Source of the DNA: Octopus sinensis
Taxonomy: Eukaryota
DNA: 64,000 nt
Direction: 5' to 3'
NCBI RefSeq assembly: GCF_006345805.1
Contig: NC_043011.1
Span: 6,882,001 to 6,946,000, forward strand
This document shows positions 34,904 to 49,129 of the stretch, piece by piece; the stretch's first letter is position 1; the number at the start of each line of letters is the position of its first letter. Both the position numbers and the translations under genes were made by a program. The notes under the pieces were generated by a model, which did no database searches, was not told the DNA's origin, and saw only the letters and a program-made list of their open reading frames with translations.

Positions 34904-35149
34904 TAACATATAGATCAATATTAAGTGGTGATATAAAACCTCCCACAGTTTCTTTTTCTGTTGTAAAAGTATTCCGCTGCTAGAATTTTCGAGAAGATAA
35001 GCAGGCAATGGTGCTTCAGTTTCCAAACCATTTCCAAAGTTTTCGTTTCGTTATAAAATTATGGGCCATTTTCATGAAAATTAAACCTAAAATTCTGTTG
35101 TGTCTGGAGAGAGTCATTTTCTTTTTGTGCCTTATTATGTAACATACTC

Positions 35150-35520
35150 ACCAGTAAAATTTCCACTTTTTTCTTATTTTTATTGTCCTAAAATTTTTTT
35201 TTTCCAACGGTCTTCAAAAATATTTAGAATTCCTAGTAAAATCGCCATTTACCTGAAGATCTGTTGGAATGTTTCGTTTTCAACCAGATATAGTTAGTTA
35301 CTGGGACAATTTCTTGCAGATCTACTCTATTTGGAAGATAAGGGACTTTAAGTTGATTAGTTTACATTTGGGGTTTCTGCTTAAATTGGCTTTGTGGTCT
35401 TTGAGTGGAAGATATAGAAAATATGTCTTGAAAATGTCACATCCATTTTGGGGCCCACAGACATTGTTGTCCAGCAAATTTTATTAAAATTTTTTTTGAA
35501 ATTCCAATGTAAATAAACTC
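35150..35520 (-). mobile_element. Decayed Penelope-like RT N-terminal fragment (third PLE family)
   Basis: 35430 to 35330 translates LPLKDHKANLSRNPKCKLINLKS, matching the LKDHKxNxxxNPKCxLIN motif of PLE RTs. Confidence 0.55.
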
Positions 35521-35892
35521 CCTGTTGCTCTGGATAACATCCAGAAGAATTAGCAGTTAGTCTCGGATGAAAAGATCGAGTCGTTTTGTTCGGTGTCACG
35601 TACGCCTGACTTTTTGGATCCTCTTCAAAAGAAAAGAAAAAAAATAGAAAATTCAGCATACATTCCAGGTGAAAATTCTGTGTTTGATATTTGCCCGGGT
35701 AGTTAAACTTTACTGTGAAAAATGAAATCAATACAATTCTTGTAAATTTTCAAGATTTACAGTTTTAGGTATTCCATAACTTGTGTCTGTCACGTACGTC
35801 ACGCGAGAATGTCCCTATATAAGAAAATTGATTTTAGATTTTTTTTCCTCTTGCAGACGTCTTTTTTCCTTCAATTTTTTGTCTCCTTATTT

Positions 35893-35936
<44 letters not shown>

Positions 35937-36304
35937 ATCATTTTGATTTCATTATAAATTTTTCTATAGATTTCATGTCAGGCCGAAAAATAGCCGAATC
36001 AATAGATTTGCTTCAGCAAAGAATGAAAGAATTACCAATAACACTACAAATAATAATAATAATGTTTTTATAAATGTAAAAAAAAAAAAAAAAATGACGA
36101 AGATGGCAATAATTTAACAGCTATGTCTATTAATAGATAAAATATCGTCTGCTTTTTATTCATTATTCCTTTTCATTATTCGTTTTACTTTATTTGAATT
36201 ATGCCGTCCACCCACTGATAGATAGACCAACATTTCCCCCAAAAGTCTGCTCAAAGATGGTCTTGGAATTACAGGCTTCGCTTATTAACACACCCACATA
36301 CATA

Positions 36305-36660
36305 TATAAGTGCATGATTGGCAATGTAGTAAGTTTGCCTCGTTACCACACGGTTCTGGGTTCGGTCCCACTGCGTGACTCTTTGGGCAAGTGTCCTCTA
36401 CTATAGATTCGGGCCAACCAAAGCTCTGTGAGTGGAGTTGGTAGACGGAAACTGAAAGAATCCCGTTGTATGTGTGTCTGTGTGTGTGGTCTTTGTCTGT
36501 TACATATCGCCACCGCTTCACAACCGGTTTTGGTATGTAACTTAGCGCTTCGGTAAAAGAATGATAAAATATGTACCAGGCTTTGTGGAGTGGATGGGGG
36601 CGATTCATTCGACTAAAAGACCCAGCATAGCCGCAGTTTAATGACTGAAACGAGTAAATC
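36305..36660 (+). mobile_element. Decayed S1 SINE
   Basis: ggttcggtcccactgcgtgactctttgggcaagtgtc...gactgaaac. Confidence 0.75.
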
Positions 36661-39299
36661 ATAAGAGATATATAGTGTGACTGATTGGGTAGGAAGTTCG
36701 CTTCGCAATCACAAGGTCTTGGGTTCGATATCATCGCAGATATCATTAACTATAGCTTCGAATTGATCCGTGCCTTGTGAGGAGGGGAAAATCTGTATAG
36801 TAAGCCCACGGGGTGATTTCTACCTGTAATTCAAGAGGTACTGTCTTGTCACAAGCATAATCTGGACAACTGAATTCTCTTGTTCAACAGCGGAGATCAT
36901 CTACCTTTCGGAGACGAAAAATAAAGAACCTGTCAATTACTGGGTGGATGTAATCCATAAAATTGCTGGCTTCGTGTCAAAATTAGAAAGTATATATATA
37001 AATTCTATTTTTTAATTCTTTTTTTTTTTCTTAGGTTTTTTAAATGACTTGAAAATATGAAAAGACAACATTAAATAGAAAAAAAAACATGAATGGCCCA
37101 CTAAACTCAAACCTTCTCCCCTCTTTTAATTCGTTCCAGATTCATAAAAGTTCTCAAACTTTAAACAATAACTGCGCCATTAAAAATAAATAAAGAAAGA
37201 AAAAAAATCAACTTTTCTATTTGCTGCACTTTGACATTCATTCAGAATTTTAAAGTTTTTAATTCTTTTTATTTTCTGGCTGCTTATTGGTAGAAATAAC
37301 GCTTTTATTTTTCACACGCATAATAAAGAAAAAATTGTAATATCATATAAATTTTATTAACACTTTTTTTTAAAAATATATTTCTCCCTCTTTAGTATTT
37401 TATTTATTTATTTTGCTTCTATCTTTCCAACGATAAGTATGCGGAAAACTGAAAAGAAAGAAGAATAAAGTAAATTTCTATAGATTTCGTAATGGCTTAT
37501 CTTCATAATCTTCATCTTTTTTTTAATTCTTTTATTTGTAATTCTTTATTTTTACCATTGTCGTCATCCCACGATGTCTCTGGCTGGTTTGTGAAATTTA
37601 TTGAAATATTCTACTTATTATTGTTATTATTTGCAGGAAATTGCATTTATATTGCGGAGGAAAAAAAAATATCCCAAACAACTTATGAATTTATATTTAC
37701 AGGGTAAGTAAAATAACTTTACAATATTTTATTTCTTTGGAAATGGCCGAAAAAAAAAAAACAATTTTTAATGGCGGACGGAAATCTGGTAAAAAGCTCA
37801 TTTCCTTTTTTACTTTTTTTTATGTCGCAATCTTTATTGTCGGACCGACAGTTTGTTTAAAATATATTTATTTTACTTTGGGATTGATTCGTGTTAATAT
37901 TTTCAATTTCTGATTAAAACTAATCTAGTTCTAGCGTGTGTCCAGAAAAACTGCTGCTGCTGCTGCTTAATATCCGGCCATTTTTTTTTTTAAATGGAGG
38001 AAACAAAAAACTGAATGATGTGAAATGCATTCAAACTGTTTAGTTTCTGCTAATAAAAAAAAACCCTGGTCAAAGCATGAAAGCCACTACTTCACCCTTT
38101 GCCTTTGAAAATAAATATGAGCTTGTCAGATCGACAAGAATCTATTTGGGAAAAGTGCTGGAATTTATGTCCTTGGAGGCCCCATATGTCAAGGAAAAGA
38201 AAATGGTTGATTTTTTTTTTTCCTTTTTTTAAACATTCCAATTTTTTTCATACAACAGGAATTACAATTCTGAAAAAGACTTGGCCCAAAGTTTTAATAA
38301 TCCTACTCTTATCATCTCCCGCTTCAATACCACTTTTCTGTCCCATGAGGTATGGGACTTCGAAGACAGCGTAAATCCAAAACGTCGCCTCTTTGGCGAT
38401 GGCCGTAGTTTTAGAAATATTAATTTCGAAGTCCTTGTGAAGTAAATAAATGAATTCCTCTTCGTGTTAAACATTTTGTTGAAGTTGCCCTCAAGGCAGT
38501 GCATCGGCATGGCCGCCACATTCTTTTGACCGAAATCAATAGAACAAAATAGATGAACCTTAAATCACCGGTTTAGGCTTGACCATCCAGACATAACTAG
38601 TTGTCAATTAGTCGGAGATTTGGTTGTTATTTCTATCATATAGGCTGACAACATAGAGGCAGATTTAAGTTGACATAACTACATTTTAGTGCCCCGCTGA
38701 ATTCGTTTCTTCGTAATTTAAAAAAGAAAATTTTTTTTATTTTATTTAGTTTCAGCCCACAAGCTGTGGCCATGCTGGGGCACCGCCATTGTGTATTTTT
38801 TAAAAATGAAATTTTGCTGAGATACGTTTTCGAGGTCGTAGATTACAATTATGTTCTAAAATTCAAAAGAGTTTTATTTTGGACGATTTTCCGATCATTT
38901 CATTTCACCCAACATTATTTGTTTGTAACACTAAAAAAGACATTGTATAGAAATGTTTTCGAAAGTCTAGATTATTTACTATTGAGGTTTCAAACAGAAA
39001 TACGGGGGGAAAAGAAAGAATAAAAAATGCTTTAGGAAATTAGGGGTAACAAAGTCGGAAGTGGTGAGAGAGATTATTATGTGAAACACCTCGACAATTT
39101 TTTTTTTCTATATATATATCACCATAATTCGTAACCTAAACCCTCAGAAACGTATCTCTGTAAAATTTCGTTCAAAACACGCATTTTTCAGAAAGTTATA
39201 AGGAAACTAAGTCTGCGGAGTACTAAACTGTAGTTACGCCTCTAAATTACTTTTCTTCTTTTTCTTTTCTTTTTTTTTTTCAAAATACATTTTTGCTAT

Positions 39300-39860
39300 T
39301 GTTGCTGTTTATGTCAAGTTCCAACCGTCACCATCCCGTTCTTGAAGACACTGTGTATCTAAGACTAACCTGTCTCCTCCCCTTTTTAAGACAAAAAGAT
39401 GTAATTTGAGGCAGATTTAGTTATTTCTAGAATTTTGACTGACTGCCTAGCAGCAGCCTGGTTTAGTTTTAGGTCTGCTCTGATACAGCAAAGCTATCTT
39501 AAAAGGTGTCCAACCATGACCATCCCGCTTCCATTCAGGTGTAGTGTGCCTAAGGCTACATGCATGACCCACTGTGGCCTTCATTTTTTTTTATAACTTT
39601 AGAATGTGAATGTGATCTGGCTGTTATTTCTAGCAGGTCGAGTCACCATAGAATTTCCCTTAGTGGTTCATGTTAACGTTGTTGTTGGTGTTGTTTAACC
39701 ACAGGCTACATTTGATACAGCAAACCTGTGCTCAAAGGCGTTCTAGCCATGACCATTCCATCTTTAAATGTACCCCGGGCTACATTGACTGTGTCCTTCC
39801 TTATTTTAAAGATTGTAATGTGAGTTGAGGGAGATTTAGCTCCTCTCTCTACCAGATCAA
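39300..39860 (+). repeat. Three degenerate tandem copies of an old ~200-bp interspersed repeat
   Basis: Recurrent gatacagcaaa...ccatgaccat(c/t)cc...gattt(a/g)g..ttatttctag motifs; related pieces at ~26860, 29620, 38570 and 50590-50890. Confidence 0.55.
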
Positions 39861-40744
39861 CTGGAAAACAGCTCAATTGTATTATATCTTAATTTGTTTA
39901 TAAACCACAGAATTTTGAATATTTAACTAGAATTTAGGACCCCCTTTGCTACCTTCCTTTTATCTCCATCAGCCGTATACCTCTTCTATATCAAAGCACC
40001 TGTGCTAATCCCTCTGTCATACCCCTCTCCAGACTGGTATTTCCCTCTGCCTGTACACCAAACCTTGCTCATCACTTCTCTATAAAACTGATTGTATTTA
40101 CAACTGTTTGGATTTCTGAGAAGATTATCATTCTGACCTCTTGAGATTTTGGAATATTAGCTCTTACACTAGCTAGAAGAGAGGGGTCAATCAACATGAG
40201 TCTAAAATTTTCTGAGGGCTTGCTCCCCTCATCTGAGGCAAAATAATTCCTGTATTAGAATATAAAATTGCAACTGTTGTATGCAACAGAAGCAGTATTA
40301 GAGTAAAATAGCCCTCTGCGTATCATACTCAATGTAAATACATTACTTAAAACAAATTTACTGTAGTATTCATCCAGAGATATCTCTTACCCACATGCTC
40401 TGTTTAAAAACACTAAATATATCATATGAAGATGAAAATATCATTATAGCTGTGGCTGATGAAAATGTTTGTATTTCTGCATTTTTGGGCTCTGTCAGTA
40501 GCATCTATTAGCTGTCAATCTATTTATATTTGCCTGTCTAACTATTTACTAATTAGTCTGTCTAATTATTAACCTGTATAGGTGCAGGAGTGGCTGTGTA
40601 GTAAGTAGCTCGCTTACTGCTACCAAGTTGTCACGTTTTTTTGTACACTGTAAAAGTCACGTCGTTCAGCGTCGAAAATTGAACAGTTGAAGCACGACCA
40701 CAGGTAAGGCATTTGCTTTTTGGAAGCTCAGTGGGATCTGTTGT

Positions 40745-43090
40745 TCGCACTGCCTTCCATGCTGGCATGGGTTGGATGGTTTAACTGAGGACTAGCAAGC
40801 CAGAAAGACCAAGGACTGACAAGCCAGGCTCCAATGTGATCCAGTAGGGTTTCTACAGCTGGATGCCTTTCCTAACGCCAACCACTCCCAGAGTATAGTG
40901 GGTGCCTTTTGCATGCCACCGGCATGAGGGACAGTCAGGCGGTACTCGCATTGACCACGCTTGAATGGTGCATTTCGCATGCCACTGGCACGGGAACTAG
41001 TCAGGCTGCACTGGCATCAACCACGCTCAAATGGTTCTTTTTATGTGCCACCAGCATCAGTACTGGCATTGGCCATGACAATGATTTCACATGACTTAAC
41101 AGGTCTTCTCAAGTACAGTTTATTGTCCAATGATTGAAAGATAATCTTAAATGGGACGGTTATGCTACAGTGGCATAAGCCACCGTTATGGTCTCACTTG
41201 GCTTGCTGGGTCTTCTCAAGCACAGCATATCTCCAAAGGTCTCGGTCACTTGTCATTGTCTCCGTGAGGACCAACGTTTGAAGGTTGTGCTTCACCACCT
41301 CATCCCAGGTCTTCCTGGGTCTACCTCTTCCACAAGATCCCTCCACTGTTAGGGTGTGACACTTCTGCACACAGCTGTTCTCATCCATATGCAGCACATG
41401 ACCATACCAGTGCAGTTGTTTCTCTTGTGCACCACATCTGATGCTTTTTATGTCCAACTTTCAAGACGCTTACACTCTGTCATGTATGCACTCTGATATT
41501 ACACATCCAGCAGAGCATACTAGCTTCATTTCTTGCATGCTTATGAATGTCCCCAGCAGTTACAGCCCATGTTTCACTGCCGTGTAGCATGGCTGTTCAC
41601 ACACGTGTCATACAGTCTACCTTTCACTGTGAATGAGAGGCCCTTTGTTACCAGCAGAGGTAGGAGCTCTCTGAACTTTTCCCAGGCTATTCTTATTCTA
41701 GTAGCTACACTGTCAGAGCATCCACCCCTGCTACTGACTTGGTGACCTAGGTAACAGATGCTCTCAACTACTTCTAGTTTTTCCCCCTAGCATGTGATGG
41801 AAGTTATTTTCTGCACATTTTCAGGGTTTATTACCCCTGTGCATTTTCCACACACAAAAAATTATCTTCCCAGTTAGCCTTAATTTAATATTGCTGCACC
41901 TCTTATGTGTCCATAGCTTACACTGGGTACATCTTAAAGAGTTTCTACCTAAGCCTTTTCTACAGATCGAGCAGGGCCAACTACCTGAAGGGATTTGTGA
42001 TTTGTCTGCCTTCCTACTTACTAAGACTTTGGCTTCTCTTAAATTGATTCTAAAGCCCTTTGATTCTAGACCTTGCTTCTACACCTGAAACTTCTCTAGT
42101 TCTGATAGTGACTCGGCTGTTAGAGCAAAGTCATCAGCATAGAGGAGCCCCCAGGAGCAGCCTGTCTTGAAGTCCTGTTATTGAATGGAGGACTATGATG
42201 AATAAGAGGGGCTGAGTACTGATCCTTGGTGGACCCCTACCTAGAATTCTTCACTATACTCATTGCCAACCCTCACCTTACTGACAGCATCCTTGTACAT
42301 GGCTTTTACAGCTCTCACTAACCACTCATCTATCCCTAGTTTCTGCATTGACCACCAGATAAGGGATTTGGGAACGCTGTCAAAAGCTTCTCCATGTTAA
42401 TGAAAGCCAAGTACAGAGGTTTATCTTTGGCTAGGTATTTCTCTTGCAGCTGTCTTACCAGAAATATAGCATCAGTGGTGCTTCTCCTTGGCAAAGACCC
42501 AAACTCTGTCTTGTCTAAATTAATTCTCTCCCTAATTAGTTGGGCTATGACCCTTTCCATGACTTTCATTACCTGATCCAAGAACTTGATACCTCTAATT
42601 ATTTCTATCTAAAGCATTACCTTTACCTTTGTAGCAGTTGACTATGGTGCTGCTACGCCAGTCATTGGGTAGGACACCTTTATGTATCACCTGATTGACT
42701 CCATGGGTGACTAGCCTATAGCTGACCCCACCAGGTATTTTAAGCATCTGTGCGGTGATTACTGATGGGCCAGGGGCCTTTCCCTGTCTTCATACCCTTA
42801 GTTGCTTTATCTACCAAGGTATTGTCAATTCAGATAGCTGGTCCCTCTGTTGGGTCAACATTTGGCAGACTCTTTCTCCCATTCATTTAGCAACCATCCG
42901 TAATGGCATCTCCAAACCTCTCTCTCTTGTCGCACCCTCATCGAATGCAAGTGAGCCATCATCCATCCAGACACATTTCTCTCCTATGACATCCTGATTC
43001 TCTCTCATACACTGTCTTGCAACATGAAAAAATTCAAGTGTTTGGTCCTCACGACGCAGAACCTTGGCAAATTTTTTCTTATCTGCTTCC
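40745..43090 (-). mobile_element. 5'-truncated, decayed RTE LINE (same family as 1699-4800)
   Basis: ORFs 41194-41457 and 42336-42581 (STTDAIFLVRQLQEKYLAKDKPLYLAF), plus the family 3' UTR. Confidence 0.92.
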
Positions 43091-43119
43091 TCTTTTTACA
43101 TATTTATCTCCCTCTAATT

Positions 43120-43570
43120 ATTTACCTGTTTGGCTGTCTTTTTGTCTTTGTAACTATTTACCTGTCTTTCTAACTATTTACCTGTCTGTCTAACTTTTAA
43201 CCCATCTGTCTGTCTAACTATTTACCTGTCTGTCTAACTATTTACCTGTCTGTCTAACTATTTACCTGTCTGTCTAAATATTTACCTGTTTGTCTATTTT
43301 TTAACCCACCTGTCTGTCTAAATATTTACCTGTCTTTCTAACTTTTTACCTCTCTTTAAGTATTTACTCACCTGTCTATCTAAATATTTACCTGTCTGAC
43401 TCTCTTTTTACATGCTTGTCTGTCTATTGTTTTACCTGTCTTTCTAACTATTTACATGTTTGTGTGTCTGTCTTTTTACATGTCAGTCTATCTGCCTACC
43501 TGTCTTTCTGTTAACCTGTTTGTCTGCTTACATATCTACCTGTCTTTTTAACTATTTACCTGTTTGGCTG
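43120..43570 (+). repeat. 20-bp minisatellite (ctatttacctgtctgtctaa)n, degenerate at the edges
   Basis: Several exact tandem copies at 43218-43277. Confidence 0.9.
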
Positions 43571-44574
43571 TCTCCATGTCTCCCCTACTTCTGAGTAACA
43601 TCCTCTTTCATTTCCATCACTCTCCTGTAAGAGTTCATGCTGAACAAACCTAACTGCACCACCACCACCACCACCTCCTCTTAGCTCTCCACCTCAATCA
43701 AGAACAATGTGTAAAGTCTATGGGCAGTGTTCTTCCTTTGTCACTCTGAACTAACAAAGAGTAAAAAAAACAGAAAAGAAAATTATATTCTATTCATTCA
43801 GTTTTCCATTTCAGATATTTGTTGGTAGCTTTATTTATTTGACAGCATCTTTTTACACATGCTAGTTTGAATGTCAACATTCTAAGAAACACTCACCAGT
43901 TGTAATTCAATTAAATTTTCTTCCTCTCCCTCTTCTTATATTTCTTGTATGTGAGAGAGAGAGAGAGAGAGAGAGAGAAGGAAGAGGTATGTTCGTGACA
44001 ATCAACCCGCCTTTATATGGCCAATGAACAAAATGCTTGCTCTAAAATTTTAGTCTTTCCTTGAAGTGGTATTTCATATTTTTTAAAAACTTTTTTTTAT
44101 ATATATTTATGTGTGTGTGTGTGTGTGTATGTACATGTGTGAGTATGTGTGTATATATGTTTGTGTGTGTGCATGTGTAAGTGTATATAATGTGTGTACA
44201 TATATTGTATGTGTGTGTATATCTTTAGAGGTTCTTGTGAAGTAACTCTCTAATGAAAATATAAATTAAATTCATCTGTTCTAGGTGTTGCACAACCCAG
44301 GAAAATTAATTTAAAATTTGTCCATCCATCCTTTTCAAATGTTAGACAGGACTTGTCGGCAGTTTTATCATCTTTTATTGATTAACTGAATAACACATCT
44401 ATAAAAGGAGCTTAATGCATTTAAATGGTTTTAAATATTGAAAAGACGAGTCCATGCGGTGCGTCGCTAAACATCTATTACAGGACTGAAATTTCTTTTG
44501 TTCTGAGTTCAAATCTTCCTGTGGTCAACTTTTGATTCTTTGTCTCTCTGGTATCAATCAAATACTCTTTTTTT

Positions 44575-44980
44575 TACACTTTACTCTTTTTGCTCTTTTA
44601 CTGGTTTCAGTCATTTGACTGCGGCCATGCTGGAGCACCGCCTTTAAATCGAGCAACTCGACCCCGGGACTTCTTCTTTGTAAGCCCTGTACTTATTCTA
44701 TCGGTCTCTTTTGCCGAACCGCTAAGTAACGGGGACATAAACACACCAGCATCGGTTGTCAAGCAATGCTAGGGGGACATACACACACATACATGCACAC
44801 ATATATATATACACACACACACACGACGGGCTTCTTTCAGTTTCCGTCTACCAAATCCACTCACAAGGCTTTGGTCGGCCCGAGGCTATAGTAGAAGACA
44901 CTTACCCAAGGTGCCACGCAGTGGGACTGAACCCGGAACCATGTGGTTGGTAAACAAGCTACTTACCACACAGCTACTCC
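44575..44980 (-). mobile_element. Full-length S1 SINE
   Basis: Reverse complement of 53325-53725. Confidence 0.9.
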
Positions 44981-46029
44981 TTTCGTTCTATTATTTGTTT
45001 CAATCATTAGACTGTGGCCATGCTGGGGCACCACCTTCAAGAATTTTTAGTCAAGCGAATTGAGCCCAGTACATGATTTTGTTTTAAACCCTGCTCGCTC
45101 TCTCTCTCTGTTTGTCTCTCTTTCTCTTTCACTCTCTCTGGCTGATAAACCATATATCTCCTCTACAGCAAGACCCCTATCTGTTAACTGTTTGTGGGTG
45201 TTGTTCAGTTCCTTCTTCCTGCAGCCCAAGAATCACATTTCTATTCCTCAACTCAACCAGTTATCACCACAGACCAAAAGCCGTTCAGACTGCAGCAAAA
45301 CGGTTATAATACCCTTTTTTTTTTTTTTTTTTCCTTTGTCACTCACTCCAAATTCTGCCAAGATCAACTTGGCCTAAATGAAGTACAAGTCACAAACTGG
45401 GGTTGGTAACATCGACCAACACCTCCCTTGAAAATCCTGGCCTTGTTCTGAGTCAGAGAGTAAAAGAGGAATCGATCAGTCATTGATCAAAGCAAAAACC
45501 CTACAAATCTTCTACCTTTGCCTACATTATGTCCCCTTCTCCTAAAGCCTTTCACTTTTCCTTTTTTATTCAGAAGGAAATCTTTTCCATAAACAACTAC
45601 TTGGTCCTGTGTCTTCTCTTTCTCCCTCAGCTCGTCTTTCTGTCCTCCTCTCTGACTCGGACTCTCTAAGATAACAGAAAATGAAATTTCAGGTTGCTAA
45701 GTTCAGTCTTATTGCTTCGAATAAAAGTTCATCATGTTTGCAATCATTTCTTTTTAATTTTTTTTTTCCTTCAGTCTATAATATTTTGTAGAAATATTTA
45801 ATCATCTTTATATTTCTACCTATGCTGCTGCAGGTGAAATTTTCAGGAATACTCCTCCATTCAGATAATTATCTTTAAGTCTTTCCTTATTATTTATATA
45901 TTTTAGATTAGAAATCTCAAATAACAAAGTCTTACCATTTTTTTCTAGTCTGTCATATAAGTAATTTGTTGAAGAAATAGATTTTTATCATTGTTTGCTT
46001 TCTTTCAAGACAATATAAATAGTTCTAAT

Positions 46030-46560
46030 TATTTTTGAATGAGAGAGCAGTGCATGCCATCAAAATGACACTGGGGTGCAAATATACAAAGCCCAATATA
46101 TCCATCATGACTACACCTCTGATAAGGGTACACCAAGCACATGCATCATAACCATATGTGTGCAGCATGGCGATCTCATATCAAGATAAACAGTGCATGG
46201 CCTTGCAGGTGAGGCCCTGGTAGAATTTCTTCATGTTGAGTGGCCCATCCCACTCAAAAGGTCCCTAAATAAGGTTTAAGTATGATGAACAAAACACCCA
46301 TGTTTTCAAGGGTGAATTATTCAAACCCCCAAAGTGTTCCTCTCAACACATAGCTGTGATGCTCTCCCACTACATCTGCTCATGATCAGAGATGCACATA
46401 TCGTCAGCCACCAAGGGACATGCTCAACTGGTTACAGTCGAACAACTGACAAGCAAATCTGTGGTATTGAGCAGAATATTTGCTGTAGACCTTTTTTTTT
46501 TATACCAAGCCAAAACAAGATGAGAAGCCATGAAAGCCACTGCCCCAGGGCTTTTATTAT
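46030..46560 (-). repeat. Interspersed repeat of unassigned class, bounded by (AAT)-like tracts
   Basis: GC-normal ~530-bp island in AT-rich DNA; called as a repeat from familiarity with octopus sequence, with no second copy in the window. Confidence 0.35.
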
Positions 46561-46569
46561 TATCATTAT

Positions 46570-47260
46570 TAAGGTGGTGGTGAGCTGGCAGAATCGTTAG
46601 CATTCTGAGCAAAATGTTTCAGAGGCACTTTGTCCGTCCTTACATTCTGAGTTCAAATTCCACCGAGGTAGATTTTTACCTTTCATCCTTCTAGGGTCTA
46701 TAAATAGGTACCAGCTGAGTACTGGGGGGTCAATGTAATCAACTAGTCACTTCCCCACAAAATTTCAGGCCTTATGCCTTTAGTAGAAAGGATTATTATT
46801 ATTGTAAGGTAGCAGGATGGCAGAATCATTAGCGTGCTGAGCAAAATGCTCACTGGCATTTCGTCCGTATTTGTGTTCTGAGTTCAAATTCCACTGAAGT
46901 TGACTTTGCCTTTTAGGGTTGATAAAGTAAATTATAGTTGAACCCTGGGGTCGATGTAATCAGCTGAGCCCTTTCCTGAAATTACTGGAATTTGAAACCA
47001 TCATTGTTATTCAGTAGTCTTCTTATTGTTGTTACCTGTACAGCAGCAAGATGGCAGAACTGTCAGCGTGTCAGACCAAGTGGTGAGTGGCATTTTCCCA
47101 GCGTTTTACAGTTTTTATTCAAATACCACAAAAATGAACTTTGCCTTTTGTCTTTTCAGGGTCAACAAAGTATCAGTTAAGTACAGAGGCTAACGTAATC
47201 AACTCCCCAGCTCCTAAAATTGCAGGCCTTGTGCCAGAAATTTGAAATGGCTATTATTAT
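46570..47260 (+). mobile_element. Three tandem decayed S2 SINEs (short-tail form)
   Basis: Repeated gctggcagaatcgttagc / gagttcaaattcc / ggccttgtgcc units. Confidence 0.8.
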
Positions 47261-48545
47261 TATTTATTATTTGGACTCGGTCATGGCTGTCTCTATAGCA
47301 CATTTTCAGGTTCAGTCCTGCTGTGCATGTGTCTTCTTCTATAGCCTTGGGCTGACCAAATGCTCACAAATGGATTTGGGTTGATGGAAACTGAAAGAAT
47401 CTCTATATGTATGTGTGGGTAGGCGAGTTAGCGCTCGCAGGATTGTCATGTGCCTCACTTTCATAAACCCTGTCCTTTGGTTCCAATCTTCTGTGAAAAC
47501 CCATCTGGCCACCAGGGAAACAGTACTGTACTCAGAAACAGGTGAGGTTTGGTGACCGGAAGAACGTTTAGCTGTACAAATTCCAAGGATAACTTTGCCT
47601 TTCATCATTTGGGGATTGATAAAATAAAGCACCAGCCAAGTACCGAGAGCAGTGTGATTGAATTAGCTTTCATCTCAAAATTGCTGGCTCTGTGCCAAAA
47701 TTATTAATATTATTAGTTAATGGAAACAGATAAGAGCTTGAAAGCCGATCCTCGTGGGTTCCAACAGAAATTACACACTGTCAGGCTGTCATGTATAATA
47801 GCTGTCAGGGAGAGGAGAAATATTTAGAGGTGCTTACTGTATGGAAACTTAATAGTAGAATGGATGCTAGCATGATTGATGTAGGAAGCAGAACGTTTAA
47901 TTATGAATTAAATTAAATATGGAATGCACTGTGGAATGTATCTGGTGTTTAAGCTGTGCAGTGACAACTTGAACTATGTTTCTGTCTTATATAACCTCAT
48001 CAGCAAAGCAGAGTTTGACTAAATTGTTAGATTTTGGAACAATTAGACATATAGATGGTAGTGTGGCAAGGTTTTGAGTGAACATCTAGTGATTTAATAG
48101 CTTTAAAGAATGACTGGAGGTAAATTACATAGGGATGCCATCTGTTTGAAGATGTAATAGTAAAATGAGCATATTTGATGTAATGAAACAGCAGAATGCT
48201 GATGTTGATGACAATGTTTCCAATTTAGGTACACTGCCTGCAGTTTTTGGTGGGGAGGCGGTTTGTCAGCCTTACCAACCAAGTACTGTTTTTATCAACC
48301 CCATAAGGATTAAAAGTGAAGTTGACCATGGGAGAATTTGAACTCAGAATGCGTGAGTTGGAAGAAATATACAACAAAGCATTTTTCTGATGCTCTAACG
48401 ATTCTGCTAGCTTGCTGCCTTAACACAACAATAATAATCCTTTCTACTATGTGGACGTGGACATGGCCTGAAATTTTAAGGGAGGAGATTGTCAGTTACA
48501 TTGACCCCTCCCCCAGTACTCGTACTTATTTTATCAACCCCGAAA

Positions 48546-49085
48546 GGGACAGAGTTAACCTCATGGGCCTCACAGAGGCAATGACAAAAGACCGAGACCT
48601 CTGGAGATATGCTGTAACTGAGAAGACCTGGCAAATAAAGTGAGTTCACAGCTGTAACTTACACCAGCATCGCATAACCAGCCCACACAAAAAGTACCTT
48701 GGATCATAGGGCAACATACTGTGCTTGAGGAGACCTATTGAGTCAAGTATATCAAAATCAAATTAAACCAATTCACAATAAAATAGAAATTGTAGTTGTG
48801 GTCCCCATGCCGGTGGGACATAAAAAGCACCATCCGAATGTGGCCAATGCCGGTGGCATGTAAAAATCACCATCCAAACGTGGTCGATGCCAGCCCTCTG
48901 GCCCCTGTGCCAGTGGCACATAAAAAAGCACCCACTACACTCTTGGAGTGGTTGGCGTTAGGAAGGGCATCCAGTTGTAGAAACACTGCCAGATCAGACT
49001 GGAGCCTGGTGCAGCCTCCTGGCTTCCCAGACCCCAGTCGAACCGTCCAACCCATGCCAGCATGGAAAACAAACATTAAATGATG
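48546..49085 (+). mobile_element. RTE LINE 3' end
   Basis: LMGLTEAMTKDRDLWRYAVTEKT plus the family 3' UTR and gat tail. Confidence 0.88.
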
Positions 49086-49129
49086 ATAATGAATGTAAAG
49101 ACAGACAAGATACCACTTGCCCAATGTAC

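Noticed and set aside
38078-38520. Short open frames on both strands (MKATTSPFAFENKY...; HEEEFIYLLHKD...)
   Set aside because: No recognisable motif and they cannot be joined in frame; kept only as an exon-like segment in the findings.
43120-43570. Regular 20-bp repeats (also the catacaaaga repeats at 8897-9260) superficially like a CRISPR array
   Set aside because: No unique spacers, degenerate tandem units, a eukaryotic context and no cas genes.
46520-46560. Possible HDV-like ribozyme at the end of the unassigned repeat
   Set aside because: A nested double pseudoknot could not be built from this apparently deleted copy.
47975-48010. CUGAUGAG...GAAAC on the minus strand, resembling a hammerhead core
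   Set aside because: No G10.1-C11.1 pair or proper stem II, and no matching stem I/III.
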